A stretch of 64,000 bases of DNA from assembly GCA_965203905.1 (NCBI GenBank), contig CBDBDQ010000005.1:6176001-6240000 (forward strand), read 5' to 3'. Of the stretch, positions 37,464-49,651 are shown one piece after another; position 1 is the first letter of the stretch; each line of letters opens with the position of its first letter. Source of the stretch: Spirochaetia bacterium (GTDB lineage: Bacteria > Spirochaetota > Spirochaetia > SZUA-6 > Bin103). Position numbers and translations under genes: made by a program. The notes beneath the pieces were generated by a model, which saw only the letters and a list, made by a program, of their open reading frames with translations, was not told the origin of the DNA and ran no database searches.

Positions 37464-38860
37464 CTAGGCGGGCTCGGCGACCGGAGCCGCCTGCGCGGTG
37501 CCCAGGTACTTGTCGATCAGCTCGGTGTCGATGCGGGTCAGCTCCGAACGCGGCAGCAGCTCCAGCAACTGCCAGCCGATGTTCAGCGTGTCCTCGATGC
37601 TGCGGTTCTCGTAGAACCCCTGGTTCACGAAGCGCTGCTCGAACTGGTCGGCGAAGGTGGCGTACTGGCGGTCGATCGGGGTCAGCGCCGCCTCGCCCAG
37701 CACCACCGCCAGCTCGCGCGCGTCACCGCCGCGGGCGTAGGCCGCGAACAACTGGTTGGCCACTCCCGAGTGATCCTCGCGCGTGCTGCCCTCGCCGATG
37801 CCCTTCTGCATCAGCCGCGACAGCGACGGCAGCACGTCGATCGGCGGCTCCAGCCCCTTGCGGTGCAGCGAGCGGCTCAGGATCACCTGTCCCTCGGTGA
37901 TGTACCCGGTCAGGTCGGGGATCGGGTGGGTCTTGTCATCCTCCGGCATGCTGAGGATCGGCACCTGGGTGATCGACCCGCGCTTGCCCTTGATGCGCCC
38001 GGCCCGCTCGTAGATCAGGGACAGGTCGGTGTACATGTAGCCCGGATAGGCGCGCCGTCCCGGCACCTCCTTGCGCGCCGAGGAAATCTCGCGCAGGGCG
38101 TCGCAGTAGTTGGTCATGTCGGTGAGGATCACCAGCACGTGCATGTCGCAGTCGAACGCCAGGTACTCCGCGGTGGTGAGCGCCACGCGCGGGATCGAGA
38201 TGCGCTCGATCACCGGGTCGTCGGCCAGGTTGATGAACAGCACTGCCCGCTCGATCGCGCCGGTGCGCCGAAAATCCTCCATGAAGAAGTTGGCTTCCTC
38301 GAAGGTGATGCCCATCGCCGCGAACACCACCGCGAACGGCTCCTCGCCGTGCAGCGTCCGTGCCTGGCGCGCGATCTGTGCCGCCAGCTCGGAGTGCGGC
38401 AATCCGGACCCGGAAAAAATCGGCAGTTTCTGGCCCCGTACCAGGGTCAGGTTGCCGTCGATGGCCGAAATCCCGGTCTGGATGAACTCCTCGGGAAAGT
38501 CGCGCGCATAAGGATTGATCGGCGAGCCGTTGATGTCGCGGAGCTGTTCCGGAATCACGTCGCCGGCGTCGTCCAGCGGTTCGCCGATGCCGTTCAGAAT
38601 CCGTCCCAGCATCTCGCGCGACACCCGGGCCATCATCCGCTGGCCGGTGAAGCGCACCGTCGCCAGGCTGGTGGCGATCCCCTGCGGCGCCTCGAACAAC
38701 TGCACCATGGCGCGTCCTGCCGCCGCCTCCAGCACCTGGCCACGCCGCACCGAGCCGTCAGGCAATTCGATGTCGGCCAACTCGCCGTAGGTGACGTCCT
38801 CCACTTCTTCCACGATCATCAGCGGCCCATCCAGGCCGCGCGCACTGCGGTATTCCTTGA

Positions 38861-38864
<4 letters not shown>
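37464..38864 (-). CDS. atpB: V/A-type ATP synthase subunit B
   Basis: [51 protein letters not shown]. Confidence 0.97.
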
Positions 38865-40657
<1,793 letters not shown>

Positions 40658-40679
40658 GCTGCTCACACCTTCCTTGTCG

Positions 40680-41069
40680 CTAGGTTGTCGTTGTCGCGGC
40701 AGTCGACTCCGCCTGGCGCTGCCGGGCCTGGCCCAGCAGGTCGATGCCGATGGCGCGTTCCACGGCCAGACGGATCTTCTCGAAACCGATGCCCCGGGCG
40801 CCGGATTGATCGGGCACGATGATCACGGCCGGCACGGTGCCGGTGCGCAGGCGGCTGATGGTGTCCAGGATCGGCTCCGCCAGCGCCTCGGTGATGAAGA
40901 TGATCGCGTACCTGCCGCCGGCCAGCAGCTCGCGCAGCGTGGTCAGGGCCTGTTCGCTGGTAGCCGCGGGATAGGCGTGCACGCCGCCCGCGGCGAAGCC
41001 ACGCACCGTGGAGCTGTCGCCGATCATGGCGATGTAATAGGTGGCGGATGCCGGTGACCGGTCGGACAT
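40680..41069 (-). CDS. atpF: V/A-type ATP synthase subunit F
   Basis: IAMIGD..TVRGF..GG, YAIIFITE, VERAIGIDL. Confidence 0.9.
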   Translation of the reverse strand: MSDRSPASATYYIAMIGDSSTVRGFAAGGVHAYPAATSEQALTTLRELLAGGRYAIIFITEALAEPILDTISRLRTGTVPAVIIVPDQSGARGIGFEKIRLAVERAIGIDLLGQARQRQAESTAATTTT

Positions 41070-41079
41070 CGATCTCGTC

Positions 41080-42150
41080 CTACGCCGCCAGCGTTGCCTG
41101 TGCCTGGCCCATGAACGGGCCGCCCACGCGGGCGTCGATGGTCGCCTCCGCGACTCCCTTCAGCTTGGCGAGACAGATCAGGCGCAGGGCGTCCAGGTCG
41201 GCCCGCTTCTTGCGCAGGTAGTACACCGCGAACGCGAACGAGGGCGGTGCCATCCGCCAGGCGGCGATGCGGCGGTCGACCTGTTCCTGCTGCAGGCGCA
41301 CCGCGGCCCCGATCTCGGCGCCCTCGGCAATGCCGGTCAGCAGGGCGCGCAGCACGCCGCTGTAGCTGGCCAGCCGGCCACCCCACTCGGCCGGTGCCGC
41401 GGCGTACAGCTCTTCCAGGTCGGCCTGCCCCGGCAACTCCAGCAGGCCGTGGCGCACCACCTCCCAGGGCAGCCCGGCGGCGGCGCCGCGGGCCAGCAGC
41501 TCGCCGGCCGCGATGGCGCCGTGATCGGCATAGGCGGCCCCCACCTCGGGAGCCGCCGCCGTCGCGGTGGCGGTCTGGAACAGGTGGCCGAGACGGTCGA
41601 TCGCCAGTTCCAGCACCTGGCCGTTGCGGCCGGCGGCGTAGAATGCGCCCAGCGCCCGCTCCAGGATACGGGCCAGCGCGCGGCTGGCGCGGTCGGTGTC
41701 GCCGGCGGAGGTGAGCGTTCCCTCGCCGGCCACCGCGGCACGAATGGCCGCCACATTGCGGGTACCGGGCGGTCCGTAGCAGGCAGCCTCGTCGGCTGGT
41801 GCGATGGCGTCGGCGCCGTCCGCCGCCGAGCGCTGCGCATCCATGCGCAGGGCCACCTTCAGGTTGTACAGATCGCGCGCTACCAGCAGCAGCTCGCGCA
41901 GCGCCGGCTCCGGCGCGTAGCGCTCGATCAGCGACCGCAGATCCTCCTGCTCGGCGGCAATGGCCCGCTCCAGGGCGGCTTCGTCGAAGTCGGGAGCGAA
42001 GCTCCTCAGAAACGGCGAATCAGGATAGATCTGGACCAGCTCCGCCACCGACTGCATCCCCACCAGGGCGCGCAGGCGGGCGCCGTCGATCAGCTCGCCC
42101 TCGCGGCTGCGGATCAGCCCGTAGAGGTAGTTGTAGTCGCTCTCCGGCAC
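41080..42150 (-). CDS. atpC: V/A-type ATP synthase subunit C
   Basis: YNYLYGLIRSRE, DLYNLKVALR, LRLICLAK; lies between E and F; GTG start with GGGGAG RBS. Confidence 0.85.
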   Translation of the reverse strand: MPESDYNYLYGLIRSREGELIDGARLRALVGMQSVAELVQIYPDSPFLRSFAPDFDEAALERAIAAEQEDLRSLIERYAPEPALRELLLVARDLYNLKVALRMDAQRSAADGADAIAPADEAACYGPPGTRNVAAIRAAVAGEGTLTSAGDTDRASRALARILERALGAFYAAGRNGQVLELAIDRLGHLFQTATATAAAPEVGAAYADHGAIAAGELLARGAAAGLPWEVVRHGLLELPGQADLEELYAAAPAEWGGRLASYSGVLRALLTGIAEGAEIGAAVRLQQEQVDRRIAAWRMAPPSFAFAVYYLRKKRADLDALRLICLAKLKGVAEATIDARVGGPFMGQAQATLAA

Positions 42151-42161
42151 CCGGACTCCCC

Positions 42162-42728
42162 TCAGTCGGCGGGGAACAGGGCGGCGCTGACCTCGATCTC
42201 GGCGTCGGCCGCCAGGGCGCGGAACTCCTCGTCCAGGGAGCAGTTCAACCGCGTCGTCCCGCGGTCGATCACGAAACCCGCCCGGAAGCGGCCCGCCTCG
42301 TCCGCGAGCTGGACCCCGTGCGCAGCAAGCAGCTCCTTGAAACTGCTTGTGAACCGGTCGCGTTCGCGCGCCGCCACCACGATCCGGTCGCCCCGTTGTG
42401 CGTGGGCGCTCAACTGGCGTTCCAGCCATGCGCGGTAGCCGGCCTCTTCGGTGACCTGCTGCCACGCCCGTTCATACACTTCGTCCAGCAGCTGGCGCTT
42501 GCGGGTGTGCAGCTTGCGGCGCTGCTCCAGCCGCGTGGTCGACAGCTCCTGCTGGACCGCTTCCTCCGCCTGGCGCCGGCCGCGGCGGCGGCGCTCCTCG
42601 GCCTCGCGCTCCAGCTCCGCGGTACCCTTGTTCAAGTCCGCGTCGTAGCGTTCCTGGGCCTCGCTCAGAAGCTGTTCGCCGGCGTTGCGGGCCGCTGCCA
42701 GGATCTGGTCGACGATGTTCTCGGCCAT
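42162..42728 (-). CDS. atpE: V/A-type ATP synthase subunit E
   Basis: Coiled-coil N-half, AGFVI...LNCSLD, ALF ending. Confidence 0.88.
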   Translation of the reverse strand: MAENIVDQILAAARNAGEQLLSEAQERYDADLNKGTAELEREAEERRRRGRRQAEEAVQQELSTTRLEQRRKLHTRKRQLLDEVYERAWQQVTEEAGYRAWLERQLSAHAQRGDRIVVAARERDRFTSSFKELLAAHGVQLADEAGRFRAGFVIDRGTTRLNCSLDEEFRALAADAEIEVSAALFPAD

Positions 42729-42741
42729 GGTACCGGCCGCG

Positions 42742-43224
42742 TTACAGTACGATGACCACCATCAGGATGATGATCGTCGCTATCAGGGCGAACAGCCCGA
42801 AGGTCTCTACCAGCACCGGCATGATGACCGCGCGTCCGAAGGCGTCGGGCTTCTTCGCCACCACGCCCATGGACGACACCGCCACCTTGCCCTGCCAGAT
42901 GGCAGAGATGAGCTCCCCGAACATGGCCGGCACACAGGCGGCAAAGATCGCCAGTCCCGATGCCAGCTCCAGGTCCAGCATGCGGGCCGAGCTGAAGCCT
43001 TCCACCTTGACCAGCACCAGGATCGCTACCACGAGCCCGTAGATCGACTGCGTGGCAGGCAGCGCCTGCAGGATCAGCATCGATCCGAACTTGTCCGGAT
43101 CCTCCGAGATCACCCCGCCGGCCATCTCCCCGGCCAGACCGACACCGACCGACGAGCCGTAGGCGGCGAGGCCCGCCGCGAGCCCTCCGCCGAGGATCGC
43201 GATGGCGAATCCAATCGAAAACAT
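42742..43224 (-). CDS. atpK: V/A-type ATP synthase subunit K (4-TM proteolipid)
   Basis: GSSVGVG, LPATQSIYG, WQG, LVETFG; strong GGAGGAG RBS. Confidence 0.95.
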   Translation of the reverse strand: MFSIGFAIAILGGGLAAGLAAYGSSVGVGLAGEMAGGVISEDPDKFGSMLILQALPATQSIYGLVVAILVLVKVEGFSSARMLDLELASGLAIFAACVPAMFGELISAIWQGKVAVSSMGVVAKKPDAFGRAVIMPVLVETFGLFALIATIIILMVVIVL

Positions 43225-43352
43225 GGTTGTCTACTCCTCCCTATGGGTCGGCACGGTCACTCCGTGACACGGAAGACGATGAAAAATCGATGCCCAGGCA
43301 TCGCCCGTTGGCCAGCATCCTCGGTCACTCCACGGCCTTGCTGCGCTCACAG

Positions 43353-45374
43353 CTATTGCTGCTCGCCATCGGCCCGCCTGAAAAACCGGCCGGTGCGCTG
43401 GAACGGCGTAAACGCCCTCCCCCCTTCCGGGTAATAGCGCTGAAACGATTCCAGATAGTTCAGCCGCAATGAATGTACGAAGGCCCCCAACATCGACAGG
43501 ACCAGGTTGAGCAGGTGAAAGAATACGAATATCACCGCGCCGATGAGGGCGGCGATCACCACCAGCACCACCGAGCCGCCCCCGCCGAGGAACAGTCCCC
43601 CGATCACCTGTGCCACGAAGGCGATGAACGCCGAGGTCATGTTGAGGATCGCCAGCCGCATGTAGGAGAGGGCGTCGGAAAAGAATCCGACCAGCCCGTA
43701 GTAGCCGACGATGCCGTACAGCGACACCACGCCTGCGAGCAACCGGGCCACCAGGTTCTTGCTGTTGCGGCCGGCGAACAGCACGATGGTCACCGCGCCC
43801 GCCGCCGCCAGGATGGCCCCCACGAGGCGCAGGGCCGGCTGTCCGAGGAATATCCCGCCGATCGCCAGCAACCCGCCGACCAGCAGCACCAGCCAGGCCA
43901 GGTTGTCGCAGATGGCGCCCGTACGGTCACCGCGCTTGAGCAGGTTGACGAAGCCGGCGGTGATGGACGCGAGCTGGAACACGATGCCCACCCCCACGGC
44001 GACGCCGATGAGTGGGATGATGTCGCGTGTCGGATTGATCAGCGGCAGCAGACCGAGGAACTTGCCGCCGCCTCCCGTGCCGGGAGAAAACCCGAAGAAG
44101 CTCCAGGTGAGGACTCCCACCACCAGGGTAGCGACTCCCGTGTACACGAACATGGTCAGAAACAGGCGCGTCTCGCCGGCCGACTGGAAGCGCCGCCGCA
44201 GCCAGCTCGCCAGCAGGATCTGCAGCACGCCGTAACCGAAGTCGCCCAGGGCAATGGCGTAGAACACGGTCATGGCCACCGCCACGAAGGGAGTGGGGTC
44301 GATCCCGAAGTAATTCGGCAGCCCGTACATGGTGATCAGGGTCTGGAACGGCTCCACCAGCCTGCGGTTGCTGAGCTTCACCGGCGGCCGGTCATCCGCC
44401 GCGGGCGCCGACAGCCGGTAGCGAATCTGGGGATGGCCGGCCAGCAACGCTTCCAGGGCACCGCGCCGGGTGGTTTCCACCCAGCCGACGATCACCGCGG
44501 CATGGCGCGAGTAGAAGATGCGCCCGCGGGCGTCCAGACTGCGGCGGCGGCTCTCGTACTCGTCGGCCGCCGCCTGCAGCGCCCGGCGCCGCTGCCGGGC
44601 CTCGTCGGCGAAGGCCGCGGCCAGCTCCGCGCGCCGGCGCTCCAACTCGTCGCCGCGCGTGCGCGCACTCTCCAGGGCGGCGGCGGCGGAGCTGTCCAAC
44701 CGGGGCAGCTCCACCTCCTCGGCCCGCACCTGACGCAGCGCGGTGCCCACCGCGTCGAGGTCTTCCGGCAGCGAGACGACCACGGCATACGCCACCTTGG
44801 CGGCCGCCCCGACCGGTGCCAGCCGAAGATGACCGCCGCGCGCGTTCAACAATGTCTCGAGCTGCTCGACGGCGGCCAGCGGAACCCGTACCGGAGTCAG
44901 GGCGGCATAGCTGCCGCGACCGACGGCGGCCAACTCCACTCCCAGCTCGGCCCACGGTGTGAGGGTGGCGATGCGCTCACGGAGGCCCTCAAGCTCGGCC
45001 ACCAGCGCCTCGTAGTCGGCCAGACGCGCCTCCAGCTCGGCGCGATAGGCGAGCACGTCGACGGAGTTCACGAGAGCGGCGAACTCCGCCTCGTCGACCG
45101 CCGGCGGGGACCCGAAGAAATCCTCCAGCATGCTCGCCTTGTGGGGCGCGAAGCGCTGGAACAGGTCGAGGATCCAGCGCGCCGCCGCCAGGTGACCGTC
45201 CACCTCCGAGGTGTCGGGCGCGTCGCGCTGCTCCCACTGTGCCAGCTCCTCGGGAAGGCCGTCGTGCACGTCGTCCACGTGCAGCAACGCGGCCCGCTCC
45301 AGTGAGCGCAGCAGGTCGGTGATGGCGTCCCGCGGCGCTACCAGCTCGGCCTTGGTGAGATCTGCTATCGCCAT
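43353..45374 (-). CDS. atpI: V/A-type ATP synthase subunit I
   Basis: PPVKLSN, YGLPNY..IDPT, GDFGYG, SDALSYMRL, HSLRLNYLESF. Confidence 0.95.
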   Translation of the reverse strand: MAIADLTKAELVAPRDAITDLLRSLERAALLHVDDVHDGLPEELAQWEQRDAPDTSEVDGHLAAARWILDLFQRFAPHKASMLEDFFGSPPAVDEAEFAALVNSVDVLAYRAELEARLADYEALVAELEGLRERIATLTPWAELGVELAAVGRGSYAALTPVRVPLAAVEQLETLLNARGGHLRLAPVGAAAKVAYAVVVSLPEDLDAVGTALRQVRAEEVELPRLDSSAAAALESARTRGDELERRRAELAAAFADEARQRRRALQAAADEYESRRRSLDARGRIFYSRHAAVIVGWVETTRRGALEALLAGHPQIRYRLSAPAADDRPPVKLSNRRLVEPFQTLITMYGLPNYFGIDPTPFVAVAMTVFYAIALGDFGYGVLQILLASWLRRRFQSAGETRLFLTMFVYTGVATLVVGVLTWSFFGFSPGTGGGGKFLGLLPLINPTRDIIPLIGVAVGVGIVFQLASITAGFVNLLKRGDRTGAICDNLAWLVLLVGGLLAIGGIFLGQPALRLVGAILAAAGAVTIVLFAGRNSKNLVARLLAGVVSLYGIVGYYGLVGFFSDALSYMRLAILNMTSAFIAFVAQVIGGLFLGGGGSVVLVVIAALIGAVIFVFFHLLNLVLSMLGAFVHSLRLNYLESFQRYYPEGGRAFTPFQRTGRFFRRADGEQQ

Positions 45375-45465
45375 CGGTACCGCCGCCGCATCACACGACC
45401 CGAGGGTTGCGGCGAAACCGCGTGGGAGACAACTCGAATAGCGGGCATCTTCGGGACTGGTCAGC

Positions 45466-45774
45466 CTATCTCTGGTGCAGTTTTTCGAGCAGGGCGGCCA
45501 CTGCCGCATCGCGGTTGGCGGCAGCACCGCGATCGAGTCGTTCCAACTCGCGGGCGCCCGCTTCGTGCACGCGTTCCTTCTCAGCGGCCAGGTCGTGGTG
45601 CAACTCGTCTCGATACCGTTGCAGCTCTTCGTCGACGGCGGCCAGACGTTCCTTACGCTGGCTGTCCAGATCGGTACGGCAGCGCGCCATCAGGTCGGCG
45701 GCACGCTGGCGGTACTGTGCCTCGATCTGCTCCGCTTCCGCCTCGGCGTTCTTCACGTCCTTCAGGACATCCAT
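45466..45774 (-). CDS. V/A-type ATP synthase subunit G/H (peripheral stalk)
   Basis: 102-aa charged coiled coil (MDVLKDVKNAEAEAEQI), first gene of the operon. Confidence 0.75.
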   Translation of the reverse strand: MDVLKDVKNAEAEAEQIEAQYRQRAADLMARCRTDLDSQRKERLAAVDEELQRYRDELHHDLAAEKERVHEAGARELERLDRGAAANRDAAVAALLEKLHQR

Positions 45775-46053
45775 AGAGCGGTCTGCTCCCCCTGCTCAGG
45801 TGCCGGCCAGCGGCACGTTCAGTTAGGCCCGGCGAAGCCCCTCGCCCGCCGGGTTCGGCCGGGGGCGCGATCCCGCCGCCATGCCATCGTGCGAGCGCGC
45901 GCACCATACCTCGTTCCCGAGGAGCCCTGAGGCGCGCTGGCGAGGATTCTCGTGGGGATGCAAGTATAGTCGCAACCCGCGCGACACCTGTCAACACTTC
46001 TTTTCAGTTCCACGCCGCTCCGGCTCTCCCCGGCCGGGCCAGCGAGACGCGCG

Positions 46054-46737
46054 TCACCAGCTCACGGTCAGGACTTGCCGTTCCCGCTGCGCCGCATAAC
46101 GTGCCAGGGGAATGGTCACCGTTACCTGGCGCCCGTCTTCGCTCAGCACGCCCTCGCTGCGATCCCGGATCGGGCGTGGAGCTTCCACTACAAAGCTGAC
46201 GACATGGTCCCCGAACAGCATGTAGAGCAGCTCACGGGCACCGGCGTCCAACGCCGGGTCATCCGCGGCAATCCCGAGCACCAGCGCGAACGTGGCCGGA
46301 TCGCCGTCCTCCAGCCGCGGCTGCAAGTCGGCGAAGCTGGGCAGCTCGGCAAGCTTCCGCACCCGGTCGAAGTGCAACGTGGCACTGACCACCACGGCAT
46401 CCTCACCGTCGTCGCGCCGGTATTCGGTAAGCTCCAGCCCCTCCACCGCCGCGGTCGCCGCGCGGAAGTCGCGCTCGGAAATGGGTAGCGGCAGCGCTCC
46501 CGGCGCCGCCGCATTGCCGAGCTCCGCCATTGCCGGATCGAGTCGATAAACCAGTTGCAGATCGCCGGATCCATCTTCATTGAACACGAACCGGGATTCG
46601 ATGCTGACACAGGCACCCAGGGCGACCACCAGCGCCACGACCACGAGCAGCCGGCCGCTGCGCCAGGCTGCGCCGGGGGGGCGCCATACCCGCCGCCGCG
46701 GCGTCCGTGACGCACGACCGGGTAACGCCAACCTCAT
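46054..46737 (-). CDS. Hypothetical lipoprotein
   Basis: Lipobox LVVALGAC followed by ..FNEDGSG; ATGA overlap with the upstream exonuclease. Confidence 0.68.
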   Translation of the reverse strand: MRLALPGRASRTPRRRVWRPPGAAWRSGRLLVVVALVVALGACVSIESRFVFNEDGSGDLQLVYRLDPAMAELGNAAAPGALPLPISERDFRAATAAVEGLELTEYRRDDGEDAVVVSATLHFDRVRKLAELPSFADLQPRLEDGDPATFALVLGIAADDPALDAGARELLYMLFGDHVVSFVVEAPRPIRDRSEGVLSEDGRQVTVTIPLARYAAQRERQVLTVSW

Positions 46738-47522
46738 CGGCTGCCCCGGGCGCGTGTCCCGGGGGCGCCGCGGGCCCGGCCCGAGACACGCGCCGGGCCG
46801 GCGCCGCCGCTGCCGTCCGCGAGTTCCATCAGCGCGTGCCGCGGGCAACCCATGGCCCGGTAGATCTCGCGACAGACCCAGGCATCGGTGGCGGCGTAGC
46901 GCTGCTGTCGCTGGCTCAGGCTCGGTGCCGCCCAGTTCGAGGTCTGCGCGCCCTTGGTAATTCGAATCCCCAGGTAGGCCGCCGCCAGGCCGCGCAGGCT
47001 CAGGGGAGCGCAGCCCGCGGCGCGGGCCACGGGAACCAGGTCCGCCACCGGGCGCGCCGTTACGCCCCAGTGCTCGCGCAGCTCGCGCACTTCGTCGGCC
47101 GGACCCTGCCCGACCTTGATCACGTCATCGGATTCCAGGAGTTCGCGCAGTGCCGCTGAAGGACCGTGTTCCGGATCGATGCGGAACAGACACGCCAGTT
47201 CCGCGGTCGCCAGCTGCACCAAGGCGATGGGATGGCGCTCACCGCGCCGAAACGACGGGCGCGATTCGGTGTCGAAGCCCAGTACGCGGCGGCCTCCAAG
47301 CCCCGCCGCGGCGTGCAGGGCGGCGCAGGCGGGCGCAGCCGCCGTGGACTCCACCACCTCGATGCGGCCGGCGAAAGCGCCGACGGGAAGGGCGTTGATT
47401 TCCGCCTTGGACAGCGCGCGACCGCTCGTGCCGGGTGCTGCGACGGGGCGCCGCCCGAGTTTCCGAGGGCGTTCCCCCTCCCGCTCCCGCGGCAGCGGGC
47501 CGCGTTGCCTAGTGGCGGACAC
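46734..47522 (-). CDS. 3'-5' exonuclease (DEDDy, WRN/RNase D-like)
   Basis: LGFDTESRPSF, ALVQLA, KVG, SNWAAPSLS..QQRYAATDAW. Confidence 0.9.
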   Translation of the reverse strand: MSATRQRGPLPREREGERPRKLGRRPVAAPGTSGRALSKAEINALPVGAFAGRIEVVESTAAAPACAALHAAAGLGGRRVLGFDTESRPSFRRGERHPIALVQLATAELACLFRIDPEHGPSAALRELLESDDVIKVGQGPADEVRELREHWGVTARPVADLVPVARAAGCAPLSLRGLAAAYLGIRITKGAQTSNWAAPSLSQRQQRYAATDAWVCREIYRAMGCPRHALMELADGSGGAGPARVSGRARGAPGTRARGSR

Positions 47523-47636
47523 CGTCCGGAAATCCTCGCGCCGCGTTCCCGGATAGCGCGTCCCGGTCAGTTCGTGAGGTCCTGTCGCGACCGCTCGAAT
47601 TAGCCAATAGTTCTTGCTATGGTATAGAATTGACCA

Positions 47637-47710
47637 TGGGCGGTACTGGACTCGAACCAGTGACCCCTAGCGTGTCGAGCTAGTGCTCTAGCCAACTGAG
47701 CTAACCGCCC
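47637..47710 (-). tRNA. tRNA-Val (GAC), CCA not encoded
   Basis: GGGCGGTTAGCTCAGTTGGCTAGAGCA-CTAGC-TCGACAC-GCTAG-GGGTC-ACTGGTTCGAGTCCAGT-ACCGCCC-A; complete cloverleaf. Confidence 0.96.
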
Positions 47711-47820
47711 GGTCTGTACCCTTACGGTGCACCGCCTCGCGCGCCGCCGTCAATACCCGGACCCGGCGGTCTCCGCGCGGGGCTCGCGGCACTCGATGAC
47801 GAGATTCCATCGCCACAGCG

Positions 47821-47849
47821 TTGACCGACGGCGCGGAACGCCCTATCCT
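47821..47849 (+). promoter_or_regulatory. Putative sigma70 promoter for RRM gene
   Basis: TTGACC-17 bp-TATCCT. Confidence 0.5.
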
Positions 47850-48020
47850 TACGCCCTAAGGATAGTTCACTCCCTCCCACCGCGCCGATCGCGGCCCCCA
47901 GGGGCACGGAGACGCAGTACCTGTTTGGCCGACATACCCTGCCGTCATTCAAGACTGACTGCCTCCCGTAGTCGCCGTACGCAGGGAGATGGAGATGGAG
48001 TGGACCGGGAGAAGAAGGAA

Positions 48021-48287
48021 ATGAACAAGAAGCTATTCGTCGGTGGCCTGCCCTATGCGGTCACGGATGATCGCCTGGAAGAGGTTTTCGCCGCCCACGG
48101 TACCGTGGAGTCGGCGCGCGTCGTGACGGACAAGTTCACCGGACAGTCGCGCGGATTCGGATTCGTGGAAATGAGTTCGCCAGCGGAGGCTTCCGCGGCG
48201 GTTACCGCGCTCAACGAAACCGATCTCGACGGCCGCACGATTACCGTGGCCGAGGCGCGTCCGCGGGAGGATCGTTCGCGTTGGTAG
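48021..48287 (+). CDS. RNA-binding protein (single RRM)
   Basis: RNP2 LFVGGL, RNP1 RGFGFVEM; AAGGA RBS. Confidence 0.95.
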   Translation: MNKKLFVGGLPYAVTDDRLEEVFAAHGTVESARVVTDKFTGQSRGFGFVEMSSPAEASAAVTALNETDLDGRTITVAEARPREDRSRW

Positions 48288-48491
48288 CGCGCCGCCGGTA
48301 CGGGTCCGTACCGGACGGCGAGCCTGGCACTAGCAGCCAGGCCACGACGGTCGCCTGACGGCGCCGGTCCTGGCGCGGTAAGCGCGGGCCATCCCGCACA
48401 CCGGTTGCCGGGGTCGGCGTCCCGGTATAGGATTGCCACGTCGCCTCAAGCCCGGCCGCGGGTGGTGGTGGCGGCGGGAGGAGAGCGTCGT

Positions 48492-49586
48492 ATGGAAACG
48501 GCGGGCTACGGCGAGCCGGTCAGCGCGGCCCGCCGTGAGCACCTCACCGGGCATCACGGCCAACCTGCAGGGAGTGGGCAGCCTGCAGACAGTGAGCACC
48601 TCATCGGACGCCGCAAGGCGGCCATACTTCTCGTACTGCTTGGTTCCGAGCTTGCCTCGGACATCTTCAAGCACCTCGACGACGAAGAAATAGAGCAGCT
48701 TTCCCTGGAAATCGCGCAGCTGGATGCGATCGCGCCGGAGGATCAGGTTCGGGCCCTGGCGGAATTCCAGGAGTTGATGCTGGAACGCGACCCGGCACCC
48801 AGCCGTGGCGGCATGGATTATGCGCGCGGTGTCCTGGAACGGTCGCTCGGCGCCGACAAGGCGGACGCGGTTGTCGACCGTGTCGCCCGCATCCTGCGCC
48901 CGCGGCCGTTCGGCTTCATGCGCCGCAGTGATCCGGAGCAGCTCCTCTCGTTCCTGCGTGACGAACATCCTCAGACCATCGCACTGATTCTGGCGTATCT
49001 GGATCCCGGCGTTGCGGCCGCTCTCCTGGCGAGTCTGCCCTACGCCATGCAGGGCGACGTGGCGCGGCGCATTGCCACTCTGGATCTGGCCGCGCCGGAG
49101 GTCGTGCACGAGGTAGAGCGCGTGCTGCAGCACAAGCTGGCACGTTCCTCGCCGCCGGCTGCCGCCACCGAGCGCGCTGCCTCGGGAGGCGTCGAGGCCA
49201 TGGTGAAGATCTTCCACCTCATGGACCGCAGCACCGAGCAGAGCGTGATCGACGCCCTGGAGCAGGAGGATCCCGAACTGGCTCAGGAAGTCAAACAGCG
49301 GTTGTTCGGGTTCGAGGACTTGCTGCTACTCGACGACCAGGCGCTGCAAGCGGTGTTGCGGGAAGTGAGCCGGCAGGAGTTGGCGGCTGCTCTGAAGGCG
49401 GTGGACGCCGAGATCCTGGAGCGGGTGGTACGCAACATGTCCAAACGTGGCGCGGCGCTGCTGCGCGATGCCATGGAGCATCTGGGACCGATCCGTCTCG
49501 GCGAAGTGGAGGAAGCACAGCGCAGAGTGGCTGGCGTGATTCGCAGCCTTCAGCAGCGGGGCGAGATCGCCATCAATCACCGGTAG
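48492..49586 (+). CDS. fliG: Flagellar motor switch protein FliG (orphan)
   Basis: GRRKAAILL, GGMDYAR, EHPQTIALIL, GGVE, FEDL, RNMSKRGA, GPIRL.EVEEAQ. Confidence 0.93.
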   Translation: METAGYGEPVSAARREHLTGHHGQPAGSGQPADSEHLIGRRKAAILLVLLGSELASDIFKHLDDEEIEQLSLEIAQLDAIAPEDQVRALAEFQELMLERDPAPSRGGMDYARGVLERSLGADKADAVVDRVARILRPRPFGFMRRSDPEQLLSFLRDEHPQTIALILAYLDPGVAAALLASLPYAMQGDVARRIATLDLAAPEVVHEVERVLQHKLARSSPPAAATERAASGGVEAMVKIFHLMDRSTEQSVIDALEQEDPELAQEVKQRLFGFEDLLLLDDQALQAVLREVSRQELAAALKAVDAEILERVVRNMSKRGAALLRDAMEHLGPIRLGEVEEAQRRVAGVIRSLQQRGEIAINHR

Positions 49587-49651
49587 GAACCGTCCAACCG
49601 TTCCACGGCGCGTTGACCCCGCATCCGCGGTCCCGTAGCTTAGAAGATGAG

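Noticed and set aside
47560-47640. Integrative element at the tRNA-Val 3' end
   Set aside because: No integrase and no duplicated tRNA 3' fragment seen; flanking genes look host-like.
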